Source: an uncultured Myxococcota bacterium (GTDB taxonomy: Bacteria; Myxococcota; JAJVIH01; CAZXXB01). Taken from it: a DNA stretch of 26,379 bases. A program made the translations under genes and the position numbers. The notes under the pieces were generated by a model. It ran no database searches. It had not been told where the DNA came from and saw nothing but the letters and a program-made list of their open reading frames with translations. The stretch spans positions 1 to 26,379 of the forward strand of contig CAZXXB010000019.1 in NCBI GenBank assembly GCA_964644185.1, given 5' to 3'. Of this stretch, positions 17,801 through 24,040 are shown in pieces. Every line of letters starts with the position of its first letter. Position 1 is the stretch's first letter.

Positions 17801-18584
17801 GGGGCGGCGGCATGGGTTTGCGCTTCCGCAGCAGGAGGGTGGGGTGGCGGAGGTGGCGCCGTATGCGTTGATTGAGCGGGTTGAAGACCGTGTGGGGCGG
17901 ACGCTGTATGCGGTGGAGGGTGAGAGCGAGCGGGTGTTGGCTGATGAGGTGACGCAGCCGATTGCGCGGATGTTGGCGTTGACGCCGTTGTATGGGACGG
18001 CGCGGCGGTTGTTGCGGGCGGAGTATGCGGTGCCGATGCATGCGAGTGACCCGGCGCGTGACCGGGTGTTGGCGCAGCTTTCGTTGAAGGCGATGGTGGG
18101 GGGCAAGACAGGTACGACGAACAGCTATCGCAACGCGGCGTTTGTGGGGTTTGTGCCGGCGCCGCCGTCGAAGGGTGCGTATGCCGATGCGGCAGAGAGT
18201 TTTATCGTGGCGGCGTATGCGGGGTATGACGACAACCGGCCGATGGTGCGTGGTTCACGGAAGATTTCGGGCGCGGCTGGTGGGATTCCATTGTGGGTTG
18301 AGGCGGCGAAGGCGGTGGCTCTCGCGTACCCGATTGGCGACAGGCTCGATGAGGCGGATGTGGGGTTTCTGGGGCCGAATGCGGTGCTTCCGCTGGCGGT
18401 GCCAGAGACGATGCGTGAGGTGGCGGTGAGTGCCGAGACGGGGCTTGTGCTTGATGAGGGGGCGACGACGACGGGGCAGGTGGTACTGGGTGCGGGTGCG
18501 GGGCCGACGCTGTGGGTTCCGCGGGGGGAGCATGATCGGGTGCTGTTCGCGCCGTTGCTTCCGCGTGGGTTCGTCGTCCAGTGA
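14814..18584 (+). CDS. Class A penicillin-binding protein (transglycosylase + transpeptidase, PBP1a-like) with large insertions
   Basis: N-terminal TM. GT51 motifs [22 protein letters not shown] and ILEFYAN. Transpeptidase motifs STFK (SxxK), SEN (SxN) and KTGT. Overlaps the previous stop by GTGA. Confidence 0.88.
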   Translation: MTTMPKPARAKERTRQKGAVRASRARGVVSLVVVLAMLFAATGGGLYALYQHYVVKNPGSHIERETIRTTIGSETQVFYADGVTPIGALFEGEHRSWVGFDELPKAWVDAIVAAEDAEFYEHHGFSLRGFARAMWTNFVAMRLVAGGSTITQQTAKNLYYRQGRSVEEKLVEALNALRLEAHYTKNDILEFYANQFHVNANGRGFAVAARYFFNATAHELSERDGTNADDIDDLVACAFIAGSVKGPYLYNPFDGTKEQRERRVQRATDRTRYVLDQMLRHGKIDAETHAKALTTPIPFRRGRFQFRRDIVLDAVREQLASEGFGLLLASHGIENPAVAGLRIVTTIDPLLQRRAYAGFRRALGEVGALIEAKNAGVYVEKSATPTQLHAGEAREFAVVVGTVERHASNGVCASPKGGAAGKAVAKKKQSGKAICVRVGDLAGTIDADAVKHAASIVRRAVSLRDFVAAEAGDIEGVYAALKPGVNVRVAVSAVGEDEHLTLTPIAASDLQGATMILRDGKIRALIGGESNADFNRALSAKRQFGSTFKPALYAAALTLGYGIADRLDNRRAAFGFQRDFYLPRPDHVKRPLDVSVAFAGVKSENLATVALFYRLTDRLSDEQFDELAELMGMNRGAGESEEAYAKRMRDEVGLLATDAEITSGVFERVKRAYATDLAFEDPTGAEELARLFYGHGFDARAAKVRGDDAEAAAQRRILRHHFLRLEELATALPLAAGAVAEKFRAGAAIGPAIARRFFVREGFKPEVVITPSAGRGAVKGRGAGDGERDGARDGDGAGDVSFADRVFGALGLAGAGSGDGAGAQGDGAQGDGAQGAGEAGAGAEGAGDEGERADDSVSALLATAPELAFSTDDLEGWRPLSADELASILRVYAPENPEALLGLARLNGTLRVATVLALRERVEAQAGALMAGGNRYRKEVLYALTDFRVMVGMRYFQQFLRGAGVSSAVPAVLSAPLGAADVTLAEMALLYQTLVTGRRHGFALPQQEGGVAEVAPYALIERVEDRVGRTLYAVEGESERVLADEVTQPIARMLALTPLYGTARRLLRAEYAVPMHASDPARDRVLAQLSLKAMVGGKTGTTNSYRNAAFVGFVPAPPSKGAYADAAESFIVAAYAGYDDNRPMVRGSRKISGAAGGIPLWVEAAKAVALAYPIGDRLDEADVGFLGPNAVLPLAVPETMREVAVSAETGLVLDEGATTTGQVVLGAGAGPTLWVPRGEHDRVLFAPLLPRGFVVQ
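17277..17351 (+). repeat. In-frame 15-bp tandem repeat in the PBP gene (GGTGCGCAGGGTGAT = GAQGD)
   Basis: Perfect units at 17277-17291 and 17292-17306, a near-perfect third unit, then two degenerate units. Confidence 0.85.
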
Positions 18585-18672
18585 CTTTTACTTTTTTGGG
18601 GGGATGTGGTGCGTGTTGCGCGGGTGAAGGGGCGCGGACGGTGTTCGGTGAGGTGTGTCGTTGGGGGGCGTT

Positions 18673-18762
18673 TGGCGGAGAGAGAGGGATTCGAACCCTC
18701 GGTACGCTTTCACGCACACACGCGTTCCAGGCGTGCGCCTTCAACCACTCGGCCACCTCTCC
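18673..18762 (-). tRNA. tRNA-Ser(GGA)
   Basis: GGAGAGG acceptor stem, anticodon arm GCACGC CT-GGA-AC GCGTGT, long variable arm, GTTCGAATC T-loop and encoded 3' CCA; 90 nt. Confidence 0.96.
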
Positions 18763-18776
18763 AGATGGCGCCCGCC

Positions 18777-18867
18777 GTGCGTTCGCCGACGCGGCTTATG
18801 TGCGTTCGCTGACGCGGTTACGTGCCTTCGCTGACGCGGTTTACGTGCCTTCGCTGACGCGGTTTGC
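18777..18867. repeat. Four-copy 22-23 bp tandem repeat in the spacer between the tRNA genes
   Basis: gtgcgttcgccgacgcggcttat / gtgcgttcgctgacgcggttac / gtgccttcgctgacgcggtttac / gtgccttcgctgacgcggtttgc at 18777, 18800, 18822 and 18845. Confidence 0.92.
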
Positions 18868-18874
18868 TTGTCGT

Positions 18875-18964
18875 TGGCGGAGAGAGAGGGATTCGAACCC
18901 CCGTCGGAGTTGCCCCCGAACTTGATTTCGAGTCAAGCGCCTTCAGCCGCTCGGCCATCTCTCC
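18875..18964 (-). tRNA. tRNA-Ser(CGA)
   Basis: GGAGAGA acceptor stem, anticodon arm CTTGA CT-CGA-AA TCAAG, long variable arm, GTTCGAATC T-loop and encoded CCA; 90 nt. Confidence 0.96.
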
Positions 18965-18996
18965 GTACCGCCGCGCCAGTGCCGCGCGGGGCAGCG

Positions 18997-19025
18997 CATA
19001 TGTCTCAACTCGCGGGCGTCGTCAA
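18997..19025 (-). promoter_or_regulatory. Candidate sigma70-type promoter for the tRNA-Ser pair
   Basis: On the minus strand, TTGACG-N17-CATATG followed by a GC-rich discriminator-like tract, about 30 nt upstream of tRNA-Ser(CGA). The -10 match is weak. Confidence 0.4.
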
Positions 19026-19039
19026 GAAGGTGTGGGGGG

Positions 19040-19297
19040 TCAGCTGGGCTTGGTGGCCATCATGCAGTCGGCAATGGCAACGAGGGCAAAGGCGGCGATG
19101 AGCAGGAGGATGACGGAGGCTACGAGGCAACCGCAGTTGAGTCGGCTTAGCGCTTCGGATTCTTCTCTGCGAATGCGCTGGCGGACTTCTTCGCGAAAGC
19201 GCTCTTCGGCTTCGATGCGTCGCTTTTCCGCGGGTGAGAGCACCTGTTCGAGCGAAGGCCGATTTCGGGGCGAGCGGGTGTTTGATTCGTTCGACAT
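19040..19297 (-). CDS. Small hypothetical membrane protein
   Basis: Charged helix LSPAEKRRIEAEERFREEVRQRIRREE followed by one hydrophobic segment CLVASVILLLIAAFALVAIA. Confidence 0.65.
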   Translation of the reverse strand: MSNESNTRSPRNRPSLEQVLSPAEKRRIEAEERFREEVRQRIRREESEALSRLNCGCLVASVILLLIAAFALVAIADCMMATKPS

Positions 19298-19404
19298 GGC
19301 GGTAAGTCACGCAGGTGAGACGGGCAGAATATGTCTTGCCGGGGGCGAGACGTAATCTGTCGCCGCATGACGGGAAGCTTTTCGTGAAAGCGAGGGCTCG
19401 TGTC

Positions 19405-19956
19405 ATGCGTCCGCTGTTTCCGGTGATTGAAAGCGACTTGCGGCTGTTGATGCAAGAAGAGTTGGCGCGCGATGTGCGCGAGGGGCGCGTGTATCGCAGC
19501 GTGCGGATATTTCCGGATTCGTTTGGGGCGTATCTCGACGACTTGCAGACGGCGGTTGGGGGTCTCACGGTGTACGAGTTTGCTGATGCGCTCGAACGGT
19601 TGATGGCGAAGCAGTATCGCGATCGGTATGGGCGTGTGTGGGCGACGCCGTGGGATGCGGCGTGGGTGCTGGCGGCGTGCGAGATGAACTTCTATTACAT
19701 GCGGGCTGTGTGTGCTGACGCGGTGAAATTTGGGCACCGGCACGTTGAGTTTGTGCGGTGGCGCGAGGTGCGGCAGGCGCGAACCGATGATCGGTGGAAG
19801 GAGGGTGATGTTGTGGTTGCGGCGGAGGCGTTGGCTTCATTGCGGGGGCGCGATCTCGCGGCGCAAGATCCGCTGGGCATCGCGCGCAAGCCGCACTCGG
19901 GGCTGACGCTGCGTGTGGGGTCGGCGCAGACACTTGCGGCGCGACGCGGGGGGTAG
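19405..19956 (+). CDS. Hypothetical protein
   Basis: ATG 19405 follows GAGGG. Normal amino-acid composition and native GTG/GCG codon bias; no motif recognised. Confidence 0.65.
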   Translation: MRPLFPVIESDLRLLMQEELARDVREGRVYRSVRIFPDSFGAYLDDLQTAVGGLTVYEFADALERLMAKQYRDRYGRVWATPWDAAWVLAACEMNFYYMRAVCADAVKFGHRHVEFVRWREVRQARTDDRWKEGDVVVAAEALASLRGRDLAAQDPLGIARKPHSGLTLRVGSAQTLAARRGG

Positions 19957-19968
19957 GCGTCTCAAGGC

Positions 19969-19998
19969 GGGCAAGGTGGGTGAGGTGGGTAACGTGGG
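19969..19998 (+). repeat. 9-bp periodic repeat forming a G3N6G3N6G3N6G3 putative G-quadruplex motif
   Basis: GGG caaggt GGG tgaggt GGG taacgt GGG, in the intergenic region. Confidence 0.6.
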
Positions 19999-20104
19999 TG
20001 AGAGGGCTTTGCGTGGAGCGCCGGGGCACGGCATACTCCGAAGTCTGGCTGCCAGTTGGCCCTGTCGACTTTTTCGGCGTTCGTTCGCCATGGACGGTTT
20101 TGCG

Positions 20105-21328
20105 ATGCGTAAGATTTTTCTCGCCCTCACGTGCTGCGTGCTCACGGTTTTTGCTGTTGCCTGCGAAGATGACACGCCGCCCGGTGAGACGAGCGTTGAC
20201 ACGGCGGGCACGGGCGACACGAGCGACACCGACAACGCGAGCGTCGCGTGCGTGAGCGATGTCGATTGCGGGTTTGGGTTTGTGTGCCGTCCGGAATTTG
20301 CGGGGGGCGAGAACCGGTGCATACCCGATGATGGCGGTGGCACGGGTGAGACTGACACTGGCGACACCGACACGGGTGGTGAGACGGGCGATACCGACAC
20401 GACGGGTGAGACGGGTGAGACCGACACGACGGGCGATGAGGTGACGTGTCGGGCGGTTGCCGATTGCGCGCCCGACCGCATTTGCGTCGTGGGTAAGTGC
20501 GAGTTGCCGACGACTTGTACGGTTGATTCGGCGCCGCAGGCTTGTCCGCTCGATCAGTTTTGCGACCCGTCGACGGGCACGTGCGTGAAAGAGAAGCTGT
20601 ACGATTGCGCGACCGACATCGAGTGCGAGGGGGTGAAAGACCCGGCTGGGTTTGAGACGCCGATTTGCGATCGCGACACGTACCGTTGCGTGGGGTGCCG
20701 CACGACGCAGGATTGCGACCCGACGAACCCTGAGAGTCCGAATTTTGATACGGCGTGCAACCCGAACCTGAATCGGTGCCAGCCGGTGTTTAGCTGCCGT
20801 CGCAAGACGGGGGGCAATGAGGGGTGCACGCAGGTGCCGGCGCCGCAGCTTTGCAACTACGAGACGGGGCTGTGTGGGCCTGAGGGGTGTGCGAACTCTG
20901 AGGCGAAGCCGTGTGCCGAGGAGAATCCGCTGACGCCGGTGTGCAATGAGAACAACGGCCTGTGCGTCCAGTGCGTGAACGATGCCGATTGCGCGGTGGG
21001 GTCGGTGTGCCGCAGCTTTGAGTGTCGCAGCTCGTCGCCAGATGATTGCGGCGGCACGTGCGGTGAGGGGCTGGTGTGCGCGGATGGGCTTTGCCAGAAC
21101 CCGAATGGCAAGGGGGTGGGTCAGGCGTGCAGTTTTAGCGGCGAGTGCAAGGCGGGGCTCGTGTGCGTGCCGGGGTTGCAGAAGTGCGAAGAGAAGTGCG
21201 CGCGCAATGCCGATTGCCCAGCGGGTGAGACGTGCGTGGCCGACCCGTCGGGTTCGGCGACGTTCTGTGATGCGGGCGGTGCGGGTGGCATCTGCTCGAT
21301 CTTCCCGATTCCGGGGTTGTGTCCGTGA
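20105..21328 (+). CDS. Cys-rich repeat lipoprotein
   Basis: Signal MRKIFLALTCCVLTVFAVA-C, T/G/D/E-rich linkers, and 46 Cys after the lipobox arranged as eleven 4-Cys modules plus a terminal pair (hand count). Start at 20105 or 20090. Confidence 0.85.
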   Translation: MRKIFLALTCCVLTVFAVACEDDTPPGETSVDTAGTGDTSDTDNASVACVSDVDCGFGFVCRPEFAGGENRCIPDDGGGTGETDTGDTDTGGETGDTDTTGETGETDTTGDEVTCRAVADCAPDRICVVGKCELPTTCTVDSAPQACPLDQFCDPSTGTCVKEKLYDCATDIECEGVKDPAGFETPICDRDTYRCVGCRTTQDCDPTNPESPNFDTACNPNLNRCQPVFSCRRKTGGNEGCTQVPAPQLCNYETGLCGPEGCANSEAKPCAEENPLTPVCNENNGLCVQCVNDADCAVGSVCRSFECRSSSPDDCGGTCGEGLVCADGLCQNPNGKGVGQACSFSGECKAGLVCVPGLQKCEEKCARNADCPAGETCVADPSGSATFCDAGGAGGICSIFPIPGLCP

Positions 21329-22176
21329 CCGCTGAGATCGTTCGAATTGAGAACGTCGAGCTGCATCTCGCGCATGCGGATGAGCTTGATTTGCAGTGGG
21401 TGGGGCGCGACGACCTGAAGCTGCAGCTTCATGCGGCGTGGATGAAGGTTCACGCGAGCGACCTTCCGTTGAATCCGCGATTGGTGGGTAAGCCGGGCGT
21501 GGGCAAGACGACGCTTGCGTATGCGGTGGCGCGCGAGTTGGGGCGGCCCGTGTATCTGTTTCAGGCGACGATGGATACGCGTCCGGAAGATTTGATTGTG
21601 ACGCCGGTGATTGGTGATGGGCAGAGGTTGCGTTACGTGGCGTCGTCGATTGTGACGGCGATGGTGAAGGGTGGTGTGGCGATTATTGATGAGGGGAATC
21701 GGATGAGTGAGAAGGCGTGGGCGTCGCTCGCGCCGTTGCTTGATCAGCGTCGGTATGTCGAGAGCATCGTGGCGGGGGTGAAGATCAAGGCGCACCCTGA
21801 TTTTCGTGTGTGCGCGACGATGAATGAAGACGCGAGCACGTTTGATTTGCCCGAGTACATTCAATCGCGGTTGCAGCCGCAGATTGTGATTGATTTTCCA
21901 GAGGCGGATGAGGAGCGGTCGATTCTGGCGCGTGCGGTGCCGTTTGCCGACGACGAGATACTTGATTACGTGGTGACGTTTTTGCAGAACGCGCATGGTG
22001 CGGATGAGCGGTACACGGTGCGCGATGGCGTGAATCTGACGCGGTATGCGTTGAAGCTGTCGCAGGCGGAGAAGGTTCCGCGTGAGGGTGAGTTGCACCG
22101 GGCGAAGCGTGCGGAGTTGTTGGCGCGTGCGGCGAAGATGATTCTTGGTGACGACGCGGAGGCGTATTTGCCGTAG
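21325..22176 (+). CDS. MoxR/CbbQ-NirQ-like AAA+ ATPase (AAA_5 type)
   Basis: Walker A GKPGVGKT, Walker B IIDEGN, sensor ATMN and arginine finger SRL. GTG start overlaps the upstream TGA (GTGA, 21325-21328). Confidence 0.88.
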   Translation: MTAEIVRIENVELHLAHADELDLQWVGRDDLKLQLHAAWMKVHASDLPLNPRLVGKPGVGKTTLAYAVARELGRPVYLFQATMDTRPEDLIVTPVIGDGQRLRYVASSIVTAMVKGGVAIIDEGNRMSEKAWASLAPLLDQRRYVESIVAGVKIKAHPDFRVCATMNEDASTFDLPEYIQSRLQPQIVIDFPEADEERSILARAVPFADDEILDYVVTFLQNAHGADERYTVRDGVNLTRYALKLSQAEKVPREGELHRAKRAELLARAAKMILGDDAEAYLP

Positions 22177-22195
22177 GGGGTGGAGTGATGGGGAA

Positions 22196-22621
22196 GTGAG
22201 CCTCGCACACCGCCATTCACACGTTCATCTGCTTGTGCACGTGGTGTTCAAAGTAAAGCATCGGCAGCCGACAATCGCGACGGCTGAGCAAGAGTTTTTT
22301 CTTCGCGGAGTGATAACGGCGCACTGCCACTCGATGGATGTCTGGGTCTGTGGTGCCGGGGCGGCGAGCGACCACCTGCATCTTTTGTTGCGCCTCAACC
22401 CGACGGTTGCGATCAGTGATCTCGTAGGTCAACTCAAAGGCAAGTCTGCGTGGTTGTGGAACAGAGAGCATGTCGATTGGCCGATGCTCAAATGGCAGGA
22501 CGGATACTGGGCTGAGACGGTGAGCCCGCGGGAGTTAGAGCGCGTGGCGGCGTATGTCGATCGACAACGCGAGCATCATGGACAGAATCGGCTCGCCGAA
22601 GAGTTCGAACCGGGGCCGTGA
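22196..22621 (+). mobile_element. tnpA: IS200/IS605-family HUH (Y1) transposase TnpA
   Basis: N-terminal HLLVHVVFKVKHR, HUH motif DHLHLL, LVGQLKGKS, WQDGY and catalytic YxxxQ (AAYVDRQREHH). Probable GTG start at 22196. Confidence 0.9.
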
Positions 22622-22675
22622 CGTGTGCCGCGCAAACGAGTCGCGCGGCAAGGATAGAAAGTTTGTCGGGGTCCC
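22622..22675 (+). repeat. REP-like hairpin repeat, copy 1 (54 bp)
   Basis: cgtg TGCCGCGC aaacgagtc GCGCGGCA aggatagaaagtttgtcggggtccc: perfect 8-bp stem, starting at the base after the tnpA stop. Confidence 0.9.
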
Positions 22676-22694
22676 GTTGCGAAAGGACGAGGGG

Positions 22695-22748
22695 CGTGTG
22701 CCGCGCAAACGAGTCGCGCGGCAAGGATAGAAAGTTTGTCGGGGTCCC
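22695..22748 (+). repeat. REP-like hairpin repeat, copy 2 (identical 54-bp direct repeat)
   Basis: Identical to 22622-22675, separated from it by 19 bp (period 73). Confidence 0.9.
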
Positions 22749-22830
22749 TCAGTGCTGGCGGGGTGCAGGGCAGTTGAGTGGGGGTGTCGGGTAGCGGGTT
22801 GATTTTGGTGAGGATGCGCGTGTCGAGGGG

Positions 22831-22864
22831 TTCCATCCTTGCCGCGCGACTTGTTTGCGCGGCA
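22831..22864 (-). repeat. REP-like hairpin repeat, copy 3 (inverted, 34-bp core)
   Basis: Reverse complement TGCCGCGCaaacaagtcGCGCGGCAaggatggaa matches copies 1 and 2 at 32 of 34 positions. Both mismatches fall outside the stem. Confidence 0.88.
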
Positions 22865-22885
22865 GACTGAGAGAGGGGGCTCAAC

Positions 22886-23797
22886 ATGTACGAGCAGAAA
22901 GACTTTGGGTCGGCGCGAGAGTTGATATCTTATCTCGTCTACGACGACGGCGCGCGTGCGGGCAGTAAGTTCGTGGGAGAGGAAGTAAGGTACTTCTATC
23001 GGGGTCAAGGCTGCGCCAGTTGGCAACTCACGCCAGCGGCTCATCGAAAATTGGACGCGAACGAGACACCGCAACAGCGCGTGGCGCGCGAAATCAAAGC
23101 AATGCGCGCGTTCCTGAATTTTGGTGCGTTACAAGGCTCCCCGCAGGTCTTTCCAGATTGGGGGATTGCGCTGTCGAGGTTGATGAAAGGCCCGGAGGTG
23201 ACGGCATGGCCGCCGCGTGAGTGGCTCAGTACGCTCGCCGTGATGCAGCACTGCGGCGTGCCCACGCGATTGCTTGATTGGTCGTTGTCACCCCTCGTTG
23301 CAGCGATGTTTGCGGTCTGGCAGTTCGCCAAAGATGCGGAGCGTCTCGTGGAGGGAGTGAAAGACGAGAAGGACCGCAGACTGTCCGTTTGGCTTTATGT
23401 TGCGCCGTTCAAGGATAACCTGTGGGTACTGAGGGACGACGCGTGGCCGCTCTACGGTTACGTCGCCGTTCCTGCAGCTGCTACGCCGCACCTGTGGCGT
23501 CAGCGGGGCTTGTTCACGCTGGTTCCGGAGATTGATGGCGCACCGAAGCCATGCATGACGTTGGACGAAATTGAAAAACTGACGACTAGTTTGGTGTCGC
23601 CGGAACTCACGCACTGCACGCTGCCATGGGAGCAGGCGAAAGAACTTTCGGAATTGCTAAAGCGTCACGGGACGTTTCTCTTCGACTTTTTTGAAGGGAA
23701 CCAAGGCGTCGTTGAGTACTTGCAGCATGAGGAGCGCCTCGAGAAAGCCCATACGTTACTTAGCAAAGACCGAGCTACGGGCGAACTCGGCGCTTGA
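22886..23797 (+). CDS. FRG domain-containing protein
   Basis: FYRGQ, QHCGVPTRLLDWSLSPLVAAMFA and QRGLFT correspond to the FRG family motifs (F/Y)RGQ, QHYGxPTRLLDW and QxGxF. Preceded by GAGAGGGGG. Confidence 0.88.
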   Translation: MYEQKDFGSARELISYLVYDDGARAGSKFVGEEVRYFYRGQGCASWQLTPAAHRKLDANETPQQRVAREIKAMRAFLNFGALQGSPQVFPDWGIALSRLMKGPEVTAWPPREWLSTLAVMQHCGVPTRLLDWSLSPLVAAMFAVWQFAKDAERLVEGVKDEKDRRLSVWLYVAPFKDNLWVLRDDAWPLYGYVAVPAAATPHLWRQRGLFTLVPEIDGAPKPCMTLDEIEKLTTSLVSPELTHCTLPWEQAKELSELLKRHGTFLFDFFEGNQGVVEYLQHEERLEKAHTLLSKDRATGELGA

Positions 23798-23813
23798 GTG
23801 GGCGAGCGAGCCC

Positions 23814-23972
23814 ATGGCGCTGAAGTTGAGCGATGACGAGTTGAGGCGGATTGATGAACTCAACGCGGCACCCGGGGAGCCGAGTCCGGCGCTGGTGAAA
23901 GCGTTGCGACGCGAGCGCGAGTTGAAGTGTGCGAATCACCTGCCCGTTGCCGATGAGGCGAAACCGAAGTAG
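23814..23972 (+). CDS. Putative 52-aa protein resembling the C-terminal half of DUF1778-type antitoxins
   Basis: MALKLSDDELRRIDELNAAPGEPSPALVKALRR, 16 bp after the FRG stop. The RBS is weak and the similarity was judged by eye. Confidence 0.4.
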   Translation: MALKLSDDELRRIDELNAAPGEPSPALVKALRRERELKCANHLPVADEAKPK

Positions 23973-24040
23973 AAGGCGCGGCTTCGCGTGCGCCGGGGGT
24001 GGGACCGCCCTTTGCCGCCGCGCGGAACAGGCAACGCGCC

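Noticed and set aside
18777-18867. CRISPR array between the tRNAs
   Set aside because: The units are head-to-tail with no unique spacers.
18673-18900. attL/attR duplication (identical 26 bp TGGCGGAGAGAGAGGGATTCGAACCC at 18673 and 18875)
   Set aside because: Both copies are the 3' ends of complete tRNA-Ser genes, and no integrase lies in the window.
18202-19355. ORFs 18202-18756(-), 18581-18925(+), 18606-18812(+), 18864-19355(+) and 18868-19101(+)
   Set aside because: They read through the tRNA genes ([13 protein letters not shown] and EREGFEP are typical tRNA translations) or oppose better-supported genes.
21286-21328. MYXO-CTERM or PEP-CTERM sorting signal on the Cys-rich protein
   Set aside because: There is no transmembrane segment or basic tail at the C-terminus.
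22622-22748. Mini CRISPR array (two identical repeats with a spacer)
   Set aside because: The repeat is 54 bp with one 19-bp spacer, a third copy is inverted, and no cas gene is present. A hairpin repeat linked to an HUH transposase explains it better.
22622-23972. TnpB/IscB RNA-guided nuclease after tnpA
   Set aside because: No RuvC motifs, zinc finger or HNH are visible; the downstream ORF carries FRG motifs.
23973-24040. Matching right end of a transposon enclosing tnpA and FRG
   Set aside because: Only short, unrelated GC-rich inverted repeats are present, with no copy of the TGCCGCGC/GCGCGGCA hairpin.
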